DNA of 32,000 nt, from the NCBI GenBank assembly GCA_021650915.1, contig CP091279.1:1380001-1412000 (forward strand), written 5' to 3'. The DNA comes from Candidatus Brocadia sp. (GTDB lineage Bacteria > Planctomycetota > Brocadiia > Brocadiales > Brocadiaceae). Numbering within the stretch: the first letter of the stretch is position 1; the number at the start of each line of letters is the position of its first letter. Below are positions 23,437-32,000 of this stretch, in pieces. The position numbers and the translations under genes are program-made. Below the pieces are notes generated by a model. That model was not told the origin of the DNA. It made no database searches and saw only the letters and a program-made list of their open reading frames with translations.

Positions 23437-24810
23437 ATGAAAATACGATATGTAACTTCTTTGTTATCAATCAGCATCGTGTATTGTATTCTGATTTCGA
23501 CCCTTCATGCTGATGCGCCAAAGCCGAACGCTATGACCAATAGATGTCCGACCTGTAATAAGACATATCCGGAGGGAACAAAATTTTGCGGTGATGACGG
23601 AGCAAAATTATCTGAAATCGCCGCAAAGATGATATGTCCGGAATGTAAAAAAGAGGGTATTGCGGGTGAAAAGTTTTGCAAAGAACACGGGAAAAAACTC
23701 ATTCCCTTCACAGAAACACCTCCGGCAAAGGATGTTGATACTCTGAATCAAAAGAAAGAACTGGCAAAGAAATACTATAAAGAAGGCTCGGATTTTTGTG
23801 ATGCCGAATCATACGATTCAGCCATAGCATCCTATAAAAAAGCGGAAGAGGCCTTTCCTGATTTTCCTGCCCTCCATTACAATATGGGTTGGCTGTACAG
23901 TAAACTGGGAAATGTGGAACAGGCAATTCATCACTTGCAAAAATATATTGTCCTTGCTCCTGACGCCAGCGATATTACTGAGGTGCAGAGTTACATCGTC
24001 GTTCTGAAAAATGCTGCAGAAAAACGCAAACAGGCTGTGGATACCTTTAAAAACAGAGACGATACCATGAAAAAGGCGCTCATGGAACAAAAGGGGAAAT
24101 ATGGCAGTGTCCTGGTGCCAGCCGGTGAATTTGTCATGGGCACAAACGAAGCGCGGGAAGATACCTACCCTGAACATCGGGTCTACCTTGATGCATTCGA
24201 AATCGATCGTTATGAGGTAACAAACGCACAGTACTGGGAATTCTTAGAGTATATGAAGAAAACAAACGATCACAGCAAATGTTTTAAAGGTGAGCCCAGC
24301 GGAAAGAACCATACTCCACGATTCTGGGAGAATGAGTATTATAATAATCCGGACTTTCCCGTTGCGCGAATTGACTGGTATGACGCTTATGCGTATGCCG
24401 CATGGGCTGGGAAACGGCTCCCGACGGAAGCGGAATGGGAAAAGGCAGCGCGGGGATTGGACGGGAGAAAGTTTCCGTGGGGAAACGAATGGGACCCCGC
24501 CCGGTGCAATCTCAGTGGTGATCCCAAACCCGTTGGCAGCAATGAAGGCGGAAAGAGTGTTTATGGTTGTTATGATATGGCAGGCAGCGTTCACGAGTGG
24601 TGCGCCGATTGGTACCTGGATACCTATTACGCTGAAGCTCCCTCTAAAAATCCGAAAGGCCCGGAAGATGGTCTTCGCCGCGTCATACGGGGCGGTTCCC
24701 GGTTTTCCCAGCCATTTCAGGTAAGGACAAATACCAGAAAATCTGAACAACCGGACCTCTTTAATGTAGCGCTAGGATTTCGCTGTGCAAAAGATGTAAA
24801 AGCAAAATAA
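23437..24810 (+). CDS. membrane-anchored protein: double zinc ribbon + TPR + C-terminal FGE-sulfatase (SUMF1/EgtB/PvdO-type) domain (457 aa)
   Basis: It has an N-terminal hydrophobic segment and two ribbons, CPTCNK..KFCGDDG and CPECKK..KFCKEHG. TPR-like YNMGWLYSKLGNVEQAI follows. The FGE blocks are VPAGEFVMG, YEVTNAQYWEF, RLPTEAEWEKAARG, RVIRGGS and GFRCAKD. Confidence 0.75.
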   Translation: MKIRYVTSLLSISIVYCILISTLHADAPKPNAMTNRCPTCNKTYPEGTKFCGDDGAKLSEIAAKMICPECKKEGIAGEKFCKEHGKKLIPFTETPPAKDVDTLNQKKELAKKYYKEGSDFCDAESYDSAIASYKKAEEAFPDFPALHYNMGWLYSKLGNVEQAIHHLQKYIVLAPDASDITEVQSYIVVLKNAAEKRKQAVDTFKNRDDTMKKALMEQKGKYGSVLVPAGEFVMGTNEAREDTYPEHRVYLDAFEIDRYEVTNAQYWEFLEYMKKTNDHSKCFKGEPSGKNHTPRFWENEYYNNPDFPVARIDWYDAYAYAAWAGKRLPTEAEWEKAARGLDGRKFPWGNEWDPARCNLSGDPKPVGSNEGGKSVYGCYDMAGSVHEWCADWYLDTYYAEAPSKNPKGPEDGLRRVIRGGSRFSQPFQVRTNTRKSEQPDLFNVALGFRCAKDVKAK

Positions 24811-24871
24811 TCGAGGAAATGCACGGTCACTGTTTCCAAAAACAGGGAACTTTCATGGCGTAATTTTTGTT

Positions 24872-24900
24872 TTTAAAAATAAGTATTTATGCCCTATAAT
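24872..24900 (+). promoter_or_regulatory. possible sigma70-type promoter for the YHS-domain gene
   Basis: TTTAAA (24872-24877), a 17-nt spacer, then TATAAT (24895-24900), about 55 nt upstream of ATG 24957. SD AAAGGAG lies before the ATG. Confidence 0.35.
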
Positions 24901-24956
24901 ATTGTGTAATGGTTTAGTATTTAATTCGAGGTTTTTGTTTTGAAAGGAGTAATTGA

Positions 24957-25277
24957 ATGAAGCGTTTTGGGTATTTTGCAGGTGTTGTCGCTCTTGTAGG
25001 TATGGTCATGACCACATATGTCGCCACATCGACATATGCATCGGGTTGTTGCGGCACAAAGGAGGCTTCCGCTGCTGAAAAGGCCGATTCCAAGTGCCTG
25101 GTTTGTGGAAAGGCTATTGATAAAGATAAAGGCGTGAAGGTCGAATGCGAAGGAAAATCCGTCACTCTTTGCTGCAATGATTGCGCCGCCGCTTTCAAGA
25201 AGGACCCTTGCAAATTTTGTGATGATGAAAAATGCGAGAAACGGAAAGAACATCATCACCAGGAAGGCCATCATTAA
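24957..25277 (+). CDS. secreted Cys/His-rich YHS/TRASH-like metal-binding protein (106 aa)
   Basis: A signal-like N-terminus is followed by CLVCGKAIDKDKGVKVECEGKSVTLCCNDCAAAFKKDP, the YHS/TRASH pattern (C-x2-C ... FC-x2-C..F..dP). It has 11 Cys in total and a HHHQEGHH tail. Confidence 0.65.
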   Translation: MKRFGYFAGVVALVGMVMTTYVATSTYASGCCGTKEASAAEKADSKCLVCGKAIDKDKGVKVECEGKSVTLCCNDCAAAFKKDPCKFCDDEKCEKRKEHHHQEGHH

Positions 25278-25322
25278 AAGGTCGTATTACACGGCAAATT
25301 AGCAAAGTATCTTTATAACAAA

Positions 25323-25366
25323 AGGCGTTCTTGTATCGGAAAGATGCAAGGACGCCTTATTTTATT
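25323..25366. terminator. bidirectional rho-independent terminator between convergent genes
   Basis: The stem AGGCGTTCTTG (25323-25333) / CAAGGACGCCT (25347-25357) has one G-U pair and a 13-nt loop. TATTTTATT follows on the plus strand and a T-rich run follows on the minus strand. Confidence 0.6.
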
Positions 25367-25375
25367 AAAAAAATA

Positions 25376-25723
25376 TCAAATCAACTCTTTTATTTTATCC
25401 TTCAACTCCTTCAGATTTGAAGATTTGATAACATAGGCATTCGCAGACCACGACATAAAATCATCCTTATAACAACTATACGCCGTATTAATAATAATAG
25501 GGATTTTTTTATGTTCACTCAGAATTTTCCCCATTGCTTCGATTCCGTTCATCTTAGGCATCGTAATATCCATAACAATCAAGTCAGGCAATTGTTCCCT
25601 TACTTTTTTTATAGCCTCCAGTCCGTCCCGGGCGGTAATAATATTATATCCTTCCCGTGACAGTTCCTGCTCGTAAAGTAAGAGTTGGTTTTTATCGTCT
25701 TCCACAACGAGAATGGTTTTCAT
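25376..25723 (-). CDS. single-domain response regulator (CheY-like receiver, 115 aa)
   Basis: KTILVVEDD, the phospho-acceptor context DLIVMDITMPKMNG, and the conserved T/K positions (INTAY...K) are present. The start overlaps the kinase stop by 4 nt. Confidence 0.85.
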   Translation of the reverse strand: MKTILVVEDDKNQLLLYEQELSREGYNIITARDGLEAIKKVREQLPDLIVMDITMPKMNGIEAMGKILSEHKKIPIIINTAYSCYKDDFMSWSANAYVIKSSNLKELKDKIKELI

Positions 25724-27459
25724 CTTTCACCTCCTGAAAGTTCTGCCGGTGCATTTTTTATAGGCAGGAAAATAGAAAAGGTTGACCCTTCCTTCACAAT
25801 ACTCTTTATTTTAACAAAGCCATTGTGATCATCGATAATCTTTTGTGACACAGCCAATCCGACACCGGTTCCGTCTACCTTTGTCGTAAAAAACGGAACA
25901 AAGATATTTTGCATAACTTCCGGCGTCATACCTTCGCCCGTATCGGTAATATCAATTTTGACATATTCATCTTCCGTCATGGTCTCCAATAGTAATTTTC
26001 CGCCCTGCGGCATGGATTCAACAGCATTTTTTATCAGATTTACAAATACCTGCTTCATTTGCATTGGATCAACAACAATCTTCGGTATCGTTGGATTAAA
26101 TTTTTTCATCAAGTGAACATGACCACTTTTGAAGTACGGTTCCATCAGGGAACAGGTATTCTCTAACAGTTCGTTTATTTGCGTTAATATCCTGACCGTT
26201 TCAATAGGCTTGCTAAAATCCATAATATTTGCAAGAATCTTTTCAAGCCGGTTCACCTCCTCAATAATAATCTCCGTATTCTGTTTAACCTTTTTATGAT
26301 CAGCATATTCCCGCGATAGAATTCGAGCATATCCGCCTATCGTTACGAGCGGATTCCGAATCTCATGTGCAATATACGCCGACATGTTCCCGATAACGGC
26401 AAGTCTTTCCGAACGAATCAACCTTTCCCTGGTTTCTCTCAGCTGTCGATTTTTTTCCCCTAATTTTCGATATACCTCCGCATTCGCAATTGCCAATGCC
26501 GCCCGATTTGCAAAAATACTCAAAAGTTCCACCTGTTCCGCAGTTATCGGTTTACCGTTGTAGACATTATCTGCACAAATTACCCCAATCACTTCGTTTT
26601 TCGCCACGAGCGGCACGCAAACAAATTCGTTTGCACCGAGCTTATTTACAAATTTTTTATCAATATTTGGATTGCTAAAGGCATCCTTCTCCAGGATTGT
26701 TTTTTTTGAATTTACACAGGAGACAATAATTTCCTTTTCATCCGTTAAAGAGAAAGCCATCAATCGTGTAATCATGTGCAACGGCGTATCATACCGATAT
26801 GTTTCCGCCGATGCTTTAACAAGATCTTCCAGACCCTCGTACTTATCTGCTATTTCATTCCAAATCTTATTTGCCTCTTCCAGACTGGAGGGACCAACGG
26901 CCATCTTACCGTAAACAATATTCTGCTTCTTTTCCACCAGAAAGAGCCTTGCGCGATTAAATCCCAGCGCAGAACCGGCAGTAACACAGGTCAGGATCAA
27001 GTGCAGCAGCCGGTCAATCTGCAACGTCCCCTGCATTAACTCTGCAAGTTTTCTCAATAAAGAAAGCCGGTGAACCTTCTCTTCCTGCCGGGTAATATCT
27101 AAGGAAAGTTTCAGTAAGTGGGTAATATTATCCTTCTCATCTCTTATGGGCGTTGTAATATTTTTAATATATTTTCTTTCTCCCTTATCAGTAACAAGCT
27201 TGATTTCACAGGATACTTTTTCGCCTGTGGTAAGCGCTTGATAAACAGAACAGTGCTGAATATCCTGACATTCGCATTTATATACCTCACGGCACTTTCT
27301 CCCAACAGGATCATAGGGTAAACTGAGCATGCAGGAAAGCCGCTTGTTCGCCCAAAGAATATTAAGCTCTTTGTCCAGCAAGGCTAATCCGGCTTCGAGC
27401 GCATCCGTAAGATTATTTATGACATTGTTAATATTATCTTTTAAAACATTCGTTATCAT
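25720..27459 (-). CDS. sensor histidine kinase with N-terminal Cys-rich PAS-like and GAF domains (579 aa)
   Basis: The HisKA H-box is AYIAHEIRNPL. The HATPase_c blocks are NLIKNAVESM (N box), DTGEGM (G1) and GTGVGLAVS (G2). A GAF-like region lies at residues ~150-320. Confidence 0.85.
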   Translation of the reverse strand: MITNVLKDNINNVINNLTDALEAGLALLDKELNILWANKRLSCMLSLPYDPVGRKCREVYKCECQDIQHCSVYQALTTGEKVSCEIKLVTDKGERKYIKNITTPIRDEKDNITHLLKLSLDITRQEEKVHRLSLLRKLAELMQGTLQIDRLLHLILTCVTAGSALGFNRARLFLVEKKQNIVYGKMAVGPSSLEEANKIWNEIADKYEGLEDLVKASAETYRYDTPLHMITRLMAFSLTDEKEIIVSCVNSKKTILEKDAFSNPNIDKKFVNKLGANEFVCVPLVAKNEVIGVICADNVYNGKPITAEQVELLSIFANRAALAIANAEVYRKLGEKNRQLRETRERLIRSERLAVIGNMSAYIAHEIRNPLVTIGGYARILSREYADHKKVKQNTEIIIEEVNRLEKILANIMDFSKPIETVRILTQINELLENTCSLMEPYFKSGHVHLMKKFNPTIPKIVVDPMQMKQVFVNLIKNAVESMPQGGKLLLETMTEDEYVKIDITDTGEGMTPEVMQNIFVPFFTTKVDGTGVGLAVSQKIIDDHNGFVKIKSIVKEGSTFSIFLPIKNAPAELSGGER

Positions 27460-27576
27460 AACAATCCACGCTTCATTTCATTGCGTTATCAGCCTTCATT
27501 CTCCTGTTTTTTTGACATTACCGCATGAAATCCGTTTATGAGTTTCTCCCGGCATCACTCTTTACACGAAAACAGG

Positions 27577-29043
27577 TTATCCCTTTTTAACCATCTTTTC
27601 ATAGAGTGCGAGATATTCTTTTGCGCTTTTTTCCAAAGACCAATCCTGTGACATCCCATTTATCATAAGATTTTTCCACTGTGTCTTGTCTTTAAACAAA
27701 TCTACAGCCCGGACAATTGTGGCAAATAACAGATCTGCATTATAGTTCTTAAATGAAAATCCATTCGCCCTTCCTTGCTTCACTGGCGCTTGGCGAACGT
27801 CGGTAATGGTGTCAGCAAGCCCGCCCGTGCTTCGCACAACCGGAACGGTCCCGTACTTGAGACTGTACAATTGATTCAAACCGCACGGCTCATACCGTGA
27901 CGGCATTAAAAAAATGTCTGCACCCGCCTCAATTTCATGTGCTGAACGTTCATCAAAACTCAATTGTATTGCTACTTTGGCAGGATACGTTCGCGCATAC
28001 CTTTTAAATACTTCATGGTACCACGGATCACCCGTACCTAGTAAAACAAGTTGAATATCCATCTTCATTAAGTCCTGGAATTTATCCACAACTAAATCCA
28101 ATCCCTTTTGGTCTGTCAGGCGCGTTATCATTCCAATCAGGGGACAATCCCGTTTCGGAAGGTTGTATTTCTTTTGCAATGCCTTTTTGCAAAGTTGTTT
28201 TCCACGAAGGTTTTTCGATCCGTAGTTTGCACAAATGAATTTATCGGTTTCCGGATTCCACAAGGCATAATCAATGCCGTTCATAATCCCGTAGAGGTCT
28301 CCTGCCCGCTCTCGCAGTACACCATCGAGACCCACCCCATATTCAGGCGTTTGAATCTCCGCGGCATACGTTTTACTTACGGTTGTAATCAGGTCACTAA
28401 AGACAATCCCACCCTTCAGGAAATTTAATTTGCCGTAGAATTCCAATTGTTTTGCGTTGAAAAGACTCCAATCCAGCCCCGTTAACTTCATATCCCAATG
28501 CCAAAAGCAGCCCTGGTATGCAAGATTGTGAATGGTCATAACTGATTTTGTATTTTCGAAAAACGACCTCCCGGCATACCTCGTTTTCAAATAGACCGGG
28601 ACAAGACCGGTCTGCCAGTCATTACAGTGCACAATATCCGGACGCAGCCTGAGCCTTTCAACAACTTCGAGAACGCCCAGGGAAAAAAATATAAACCGTT
28701 CACTATTATCCTCAAAATCCTTCGGTATCCCAGGGTAATTATACAAACCATCACGACCGTAATATTGTTCATTGTCAATAAAATAGACAGACACCTGCGA
28801 GTCCGGCAAAAACCCCTTATAGACAGACCCTGATTTTATTTTATTGCCAATTCTCACCTCGAACCGGATGTCTGTTTTTACCAAAGGGCAAGCGCTTTCT
28901 TTTATCGAGCGATAGAGGGGCATAAGCACCATAATTTTTACCCCTAATTTTTGCAAGTTTCTGGGAATTGCGCCGGCCATATCAGCAAGACCGCCGGTTT
29001 TTGCAAACGGAGCAACTTCAGATGATAAATAGGCAACGTTCAC
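27577..29043 (-). CDS. glgA: glycogen synthase (488 aa)
   Basis: The N-terminal [27 protein letters not shown] is the canonical GlgA KTGGL motif. The C-terminal GT-B blocks [31 protein letters not shown] are present. Confidence 0.9.
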   Translation of the reverse strand: MNVAYLSSEVAPFAKTGGLADMAGAIPRNLQKLGVKIMVLMPLYRSIKESACPLVKTDIRFEVRIGNKIKSGSVYKGFLPDSQVSVYFIDNEQYYGRDGLYNYPGIPKDFEDNSERFIFFSLGVLEVVERLRLRPDIVHCNDWQTGLVPVYLKTRYAGRSFFENTKSVMTIHNLAYQGCFWHWDMKLTGLDWSLFNAKQLEFYGKLNFLKGGIVFSDLITTVSKTYAAEIQTPEYGVGLDGVLRERAGDLYGIMNGIDYALWNPETDKFICANYGSKNLRGKQLCKKALQKKYNLPKRDCPLIGMITRLTDQKGLDLVVDKFQDLMKMDIQLVLLGTGDPWYHEVFKRYARTYPAKVAIQLSFDERSAHEIEAGADIFLMPSRYEPCGLNQLYSLKYGTVPVVRSTGGLADTITDVRQAPVKQGRANGFSFKNYNADLLFATIVRAVDLFKDKTQWKNLMINGMSQDWSLEKSAKEYLALYEKMVKKG

Positions 29044-30065
29044 GATCGTGCAGAGCCCGCTTTCTTTTCTATATCTGTTTCTCTGAGAAATTCAGCGGCA
29101 TTTTCCGGTGAGACGGTGTTGATATAAAAACCGCTCCCCCATTCAAAACCTGCAACCCTGGTTAACCGCGGGATGATCTCGATATGCCAGTGATAATGCT
29201 CAATCTCTCCAAGAGTGAATGGCGTCGTATGAATAATATAATTGTAAGGGGGGAACTCCAGTGAAGCCTCTAGCTTGAGAAGGACGTTACGCAATACGTG
29301 AGCCAGCTCTTCCGCTTCAAGCTTTTGTAAATTCTCAAAGTGGGAGGCATGAACCTTAGACAGAATCCATACCTCAAAGGGGAACCGGGAGGCATAGGGC
29401 GCAAAGGCAACAAACATCTCCCCATCATACACGATACGTGTTCCGGTGGCGAGTTCCTGCTGAACCATATCACAGAAGAGACAACGGCCCCGGTATTTGT
29501 AAAATTCTTCGCATCCGTTCATTTCATGCATAACCGATATCGGTACAATAGGGGTAACAATTAATTGTGAATGAGAGTGCTCCAGGGTAGCGCCGGCGGC
29601 CGTTCCAACATTTTTGAAAAGCAATCCGTAGTTGAATCGTCGGTCTTTTTTCAAATCAATAAGCCGGTCCCGGTATGTCCATAATATTTCCTCTACCTGT
29701 TTGTCCTCAAGCTCTGTCAATGAAGCAATGTGTTTTGGACTTTCAACAATTACCTCATGCGCCCCGATACCATGCATGGAATCATAGATGCCTTCACCAT
29801 GTTTGTTTAACTTGCCTTCTATCCTTAATGCCGGAAATTTATTCGGCACAACCCGTACTCTCCACCCCTTTGAATTTGCCTGAGTGCCCCTTTCCCTATA
29901 CGACATGATCTCAGGCGGTGTCTTGTCCTCGTTGCCCTCACAAAAAGGGCAAAATCCTCCTCGTATGAGCTGCGGCTCCGACTTAAAGTCGGTCGGTCGC
30001 ATAGCCCTTTCCGTAGCAATAATCACCCAACGACTTGAAATAGGGTCTTTTCTCAGTTCCGGCAT
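29040..30065 (-). CDS. galT: GalT-family hexose-1-phosphate nucleotidyltransferase (341 aa)
   Basis: A zinc site CPFCEGNE, the active-site H-x-H-x-Q as EHSHSQL, and a second half-domain HWHIEIIP are present. The stop overlaps the glgA start by 4 nt. Confidence 0.75.
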   Translation of the reverse strand: MPELRKDPISSRWVIIATERAMRPTDFKSEPQLIRGGFCPFCEGNEDKTPPEIMSYRERGTQANSKGWRVRVVPNKFPALRIEGKLNKHGEGIYDSMHGIGAHEVIVESPKHIASLTELEDKQVEEILWTYRDRLIDLKKDRRFNYGLLFKNVGTAAGATLEHSHSQLIVTPIVPISVMHEMNGCEEFYKYRGRCLFCDMVQQELATGTRIVYDGEMFVAFAPYASRFPFEVWILSKVHASHFENLQKLEAEELAHVLRNVLLKLEASLEFPPYNYIIHTTPFTLGEIEHYHWHIEIIPRLTRVAGFEWGSGFYINTVSPENAAEFLRETDIEKKAGSARS

Positions 30066-30775
30066 GTTTCATTACCCTCCACTGTCATGCGAAATACTCT
30101 GAAAATCGTTTTATTATACCTGCCATATCATTTTTTCAAAATCTATCGATGGTACAGAAAAGCTATACTCCACAGGCTCACAATTTGTGATTTATAGTAG
30201 TTCAACACGGACAAACAGAGTTTGTCCATGCCACCTTATTATCAATTTAAAATTCACATTTTATGAGCATCTTGAGTATAAATACCGCTCTGCACGGTAT
30301 TCTTTGAACAATCTCGTTTTTCAACACCAATTCAGGAAAGATGCCACATCAATACCCAGCAAAAGGCCTGTCGAAGCAAAAGGATGAGATAATTCAATGA
30401 TCTTTTCGAAAGAGACACTGAAATACCCCTTCTCAGCGTAAACACGGCTTTTATTGTTCACCTGAAACCGCAGTGGTCTATCTATCAAAAAGGAAGTAGA
30501 AATTTGCCGTAACTATTCACCGTAATATCTTTCGCTATCGCTACGGCCTGAGTACATCATCCGCCTTCCAACGCTCCTGCCACATCCTTTGCCGCACGGC
30601 TTATCTCTTCAAGCAAAAGTTTCATCTCTTTCGTTCACTGCTGCTTTTCATCCTCTTCTCACACATCCTCCAATTCTCTCAGAGACGACACCCAGTACAG
30701 AGCGCGTGCGTACAAACGGTATTGTATTGTCTTTATATTATGGCTGCAGCTAATGCAAGTAAAACGCAATCTTGA

Positions 30776-32000
30776 TCATTGAGGTTGAATATTTTGAAGT
30801 GATTTTTTCCGTGATTCCTTAGGATGAACGATCCGTTTCCAGTATTCATCGAATTGGAACTTGGGGCTATGTTCGCTATCATGACATACCAGACAAGTTG
30901 TCTCATCCGTTGAACTGTAGGCATCGTTTACATTTTTTACGTGTTTATTCCCGGCGCCATGGCAGCTTTCACACCCAACATGAAATAAGTTCTGATTTTT
31001 TTCGGCATTTAAAAACCCAGACACATTCCCATATCCTGTCGTATGACACTGAATACACTCCGGGTCATATTGATGTCCAACGCCTGCCAGGGTATGATAA
31101 GCAATGCCATGTGCTGTTTTCAACCAGTGATCGTATATTATCTTATGACACGCACTACAGGTAAAACTCCCCGCATAAGCGAGACCATTTGGAAGAGGCG
31201 CCTGTGGAATGCTACTTAATAAATCTTCATCTTTTAATATATTTTGATATTCCTGTAACAAGGAAACCATCTCTTGTGACCCCTGAAAGGAATGGTCTAA
31301 CGGAATAATTTCAACCGACTTTCTTTCTAACATTTTCTTATCCACTCCATACGTTACTATTCCAATATACTTTCCCCCCATTCCGGAAGAAACAATCGGG
31401 GTGTCTTGAACGTATGTTATTGCGTCCTTTGGCTCTTCTATATGGTGACCTGTTATAACTAAGCCTATTTCCGGGAAATATTTTGCAATTTCCTTTGATT
31501 CCTCCAGCGGGGCGTGTGAGAGTAACACAATGAGATTTACCTTATTTCTCAATTGTTTTATGTAAGGCTTTAGAGCCTTTATGGGTTCAGAGAGAGTCAC
31601 ATATTCACTCAGATTGGGATCAAGAAACGACTTCGAAAGAATACCCAAAAAGGCAATTTTTACCCGGGAATCAAAGTCACAACATTCCTTTATCACAGAT
31701 TGATTGATTTTTATAGGAAATGGGGCATTAAAGCTTACATTGGAGGAAAGGAATTCTACGCCTTGTGACTGAGATAAAAAACTGAGCACCTGTGGGTTAA
31801 TTTCAATATCCTTTTCGCCAAGATTATGCAAGATATAGCCCATGAATCCTAACGCACGGGAGAGTGTCTCCATTTTTATTTCATCTTGTCTGCCACTACC
31901 TTTCGGCAGATCACCAAGACTTACCGGCAAGACGCATTTTTTTTGTTTCTTAACAAAATCTATGAATGAATACCTCCTGGAAATACCGCCCAGTTGCCCT
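30776..32000 (-). CDS. metallophosphoesterase/5'-nucleotidase-like domain fused to a C-terminal tetrahaem cytochrome c; 5' end outside the window
   Basis: There are four CxxCH motifs (CSACH, CIQCH, CESCH, CLVCH) in the last ~110 aa. The upstream part has ...VSLGDLPKGS.., LLSHAP and ITGHH phosphoesterase-like blocks. The frame stays open upstream of the listed TTG start to the window edge. Confidence 0.7.
   Translation of the reverse strand, partial: GQLGGISRRYSFIDFVKKQKKCVLPVSLGDLPKGSGRQDEIKMETLSRALGFMGYILHNLGEKDIEINPQVLSFLSQSQGVEFLSSNVSFNAPFPIKINQSVIKECCDFDSRVKIAFLGILSKSFLDPNLSEYVTLSEPIKALKPYIKQLRNKVNLIVLLSHAPLEESKEIAKYFPEIGLVITGHHIEEPKDAITYVQDTPIVSSGMGGKYIGIVTYGVDKKMLERKSVEIIPLDHSFQGSQEMVSLLQEYQNILKDEDLLSSIPQAPLPNGLAYAGSFTCSACHKIIYDHWLKTAHGIAYHTLAGVGHQYDPECIQCHTTGYGNVSGFLNAEKNQNLFHVGCESCHGAGNKHVKNVNDAYSSTDETTCLVCHDSEHSPKFQFDEYWKRIVHPKESRKKSLQNIQPQ

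Noticed and set aside
24244-24750. Long alternative-frame ORFs (168 aa on the minus strand; 144 aa on the plus strand at 24290-24724) overlapping the FGE domain
   Set aside because: They lie wholly inside a well-supported CDS and translate to low-complexity sequence. They are probably a by-product of codon composition.
23437-24810. FGE/C-type-lectin-fold protein as a diversity-generating retroelement (DGR) target
   Set aside because: There is no reverse transcriptase gene. No template repeat matches the 3' end of the gene anywhere in the window. The C-terminus looks like an ordinary FGE-family terminus (RVIRGGS...GFRCAKD).

Overview
This is 32 kb from a repeat-rich bacterial chromosome. The gene content, the multihaem cytochrome and the style of the MITE/REP-like repeats are reminiscent of anammox Planctomycetes, but I cannot verify that here. 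All functional calls come from by-eye motif recognition; no searches were run. Layout: (1) 1-5.3 kb holds the cobalamin genes cbiC (3' end) and cbiJ plus an oppositely oriented lhgO-like FAD oxidase, separated by an IS110/IS1111-type element and MITE/REP-like repeats. (2) 5.4-16.1 kb is a Type III-like restriction-modification locus heavily colonised by selfish DNA. mod is split by a 1386-bp IS with a 9-bp TSD, and excision would restore the frame. mod also carries two heptamer-armed palindromic inserts that stay in frame, one with a four-helix-bundle (23S-IVS-type) gene nested in another frame. Between mod and res lie three MNT/HEPN toxin-antitoxin cassettes, bracketed by ~0.73-kb direct repeats and MITEs: one intact, one with a nonsense codon, and one truncated, frameshifted remnant whose stop overlaps the res start. 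res looks intact. (3) 16.2-19.4 kb holds a metallophosphoesterase and a 2057-bp IS whose transposase is broken at G-runs. (4) 19.4-32 kb holds ordinary chromosomal genes: a ChaN-PDZ protein, valS, an FGE-domain protein, a YHS-type Cys/His-rich protein, a PAS/GAF histidine kinase with receiver, galT-glgA, and a phosphoesterase-tetrahaem cytochrome fusion. The most interesting signals are a candidate bridge/seek RNA in the IS110 right end whose guides match all four recombination half-sites, a circle-junction promoter for that IS, and the in-frame IVS-like elements inside mod.
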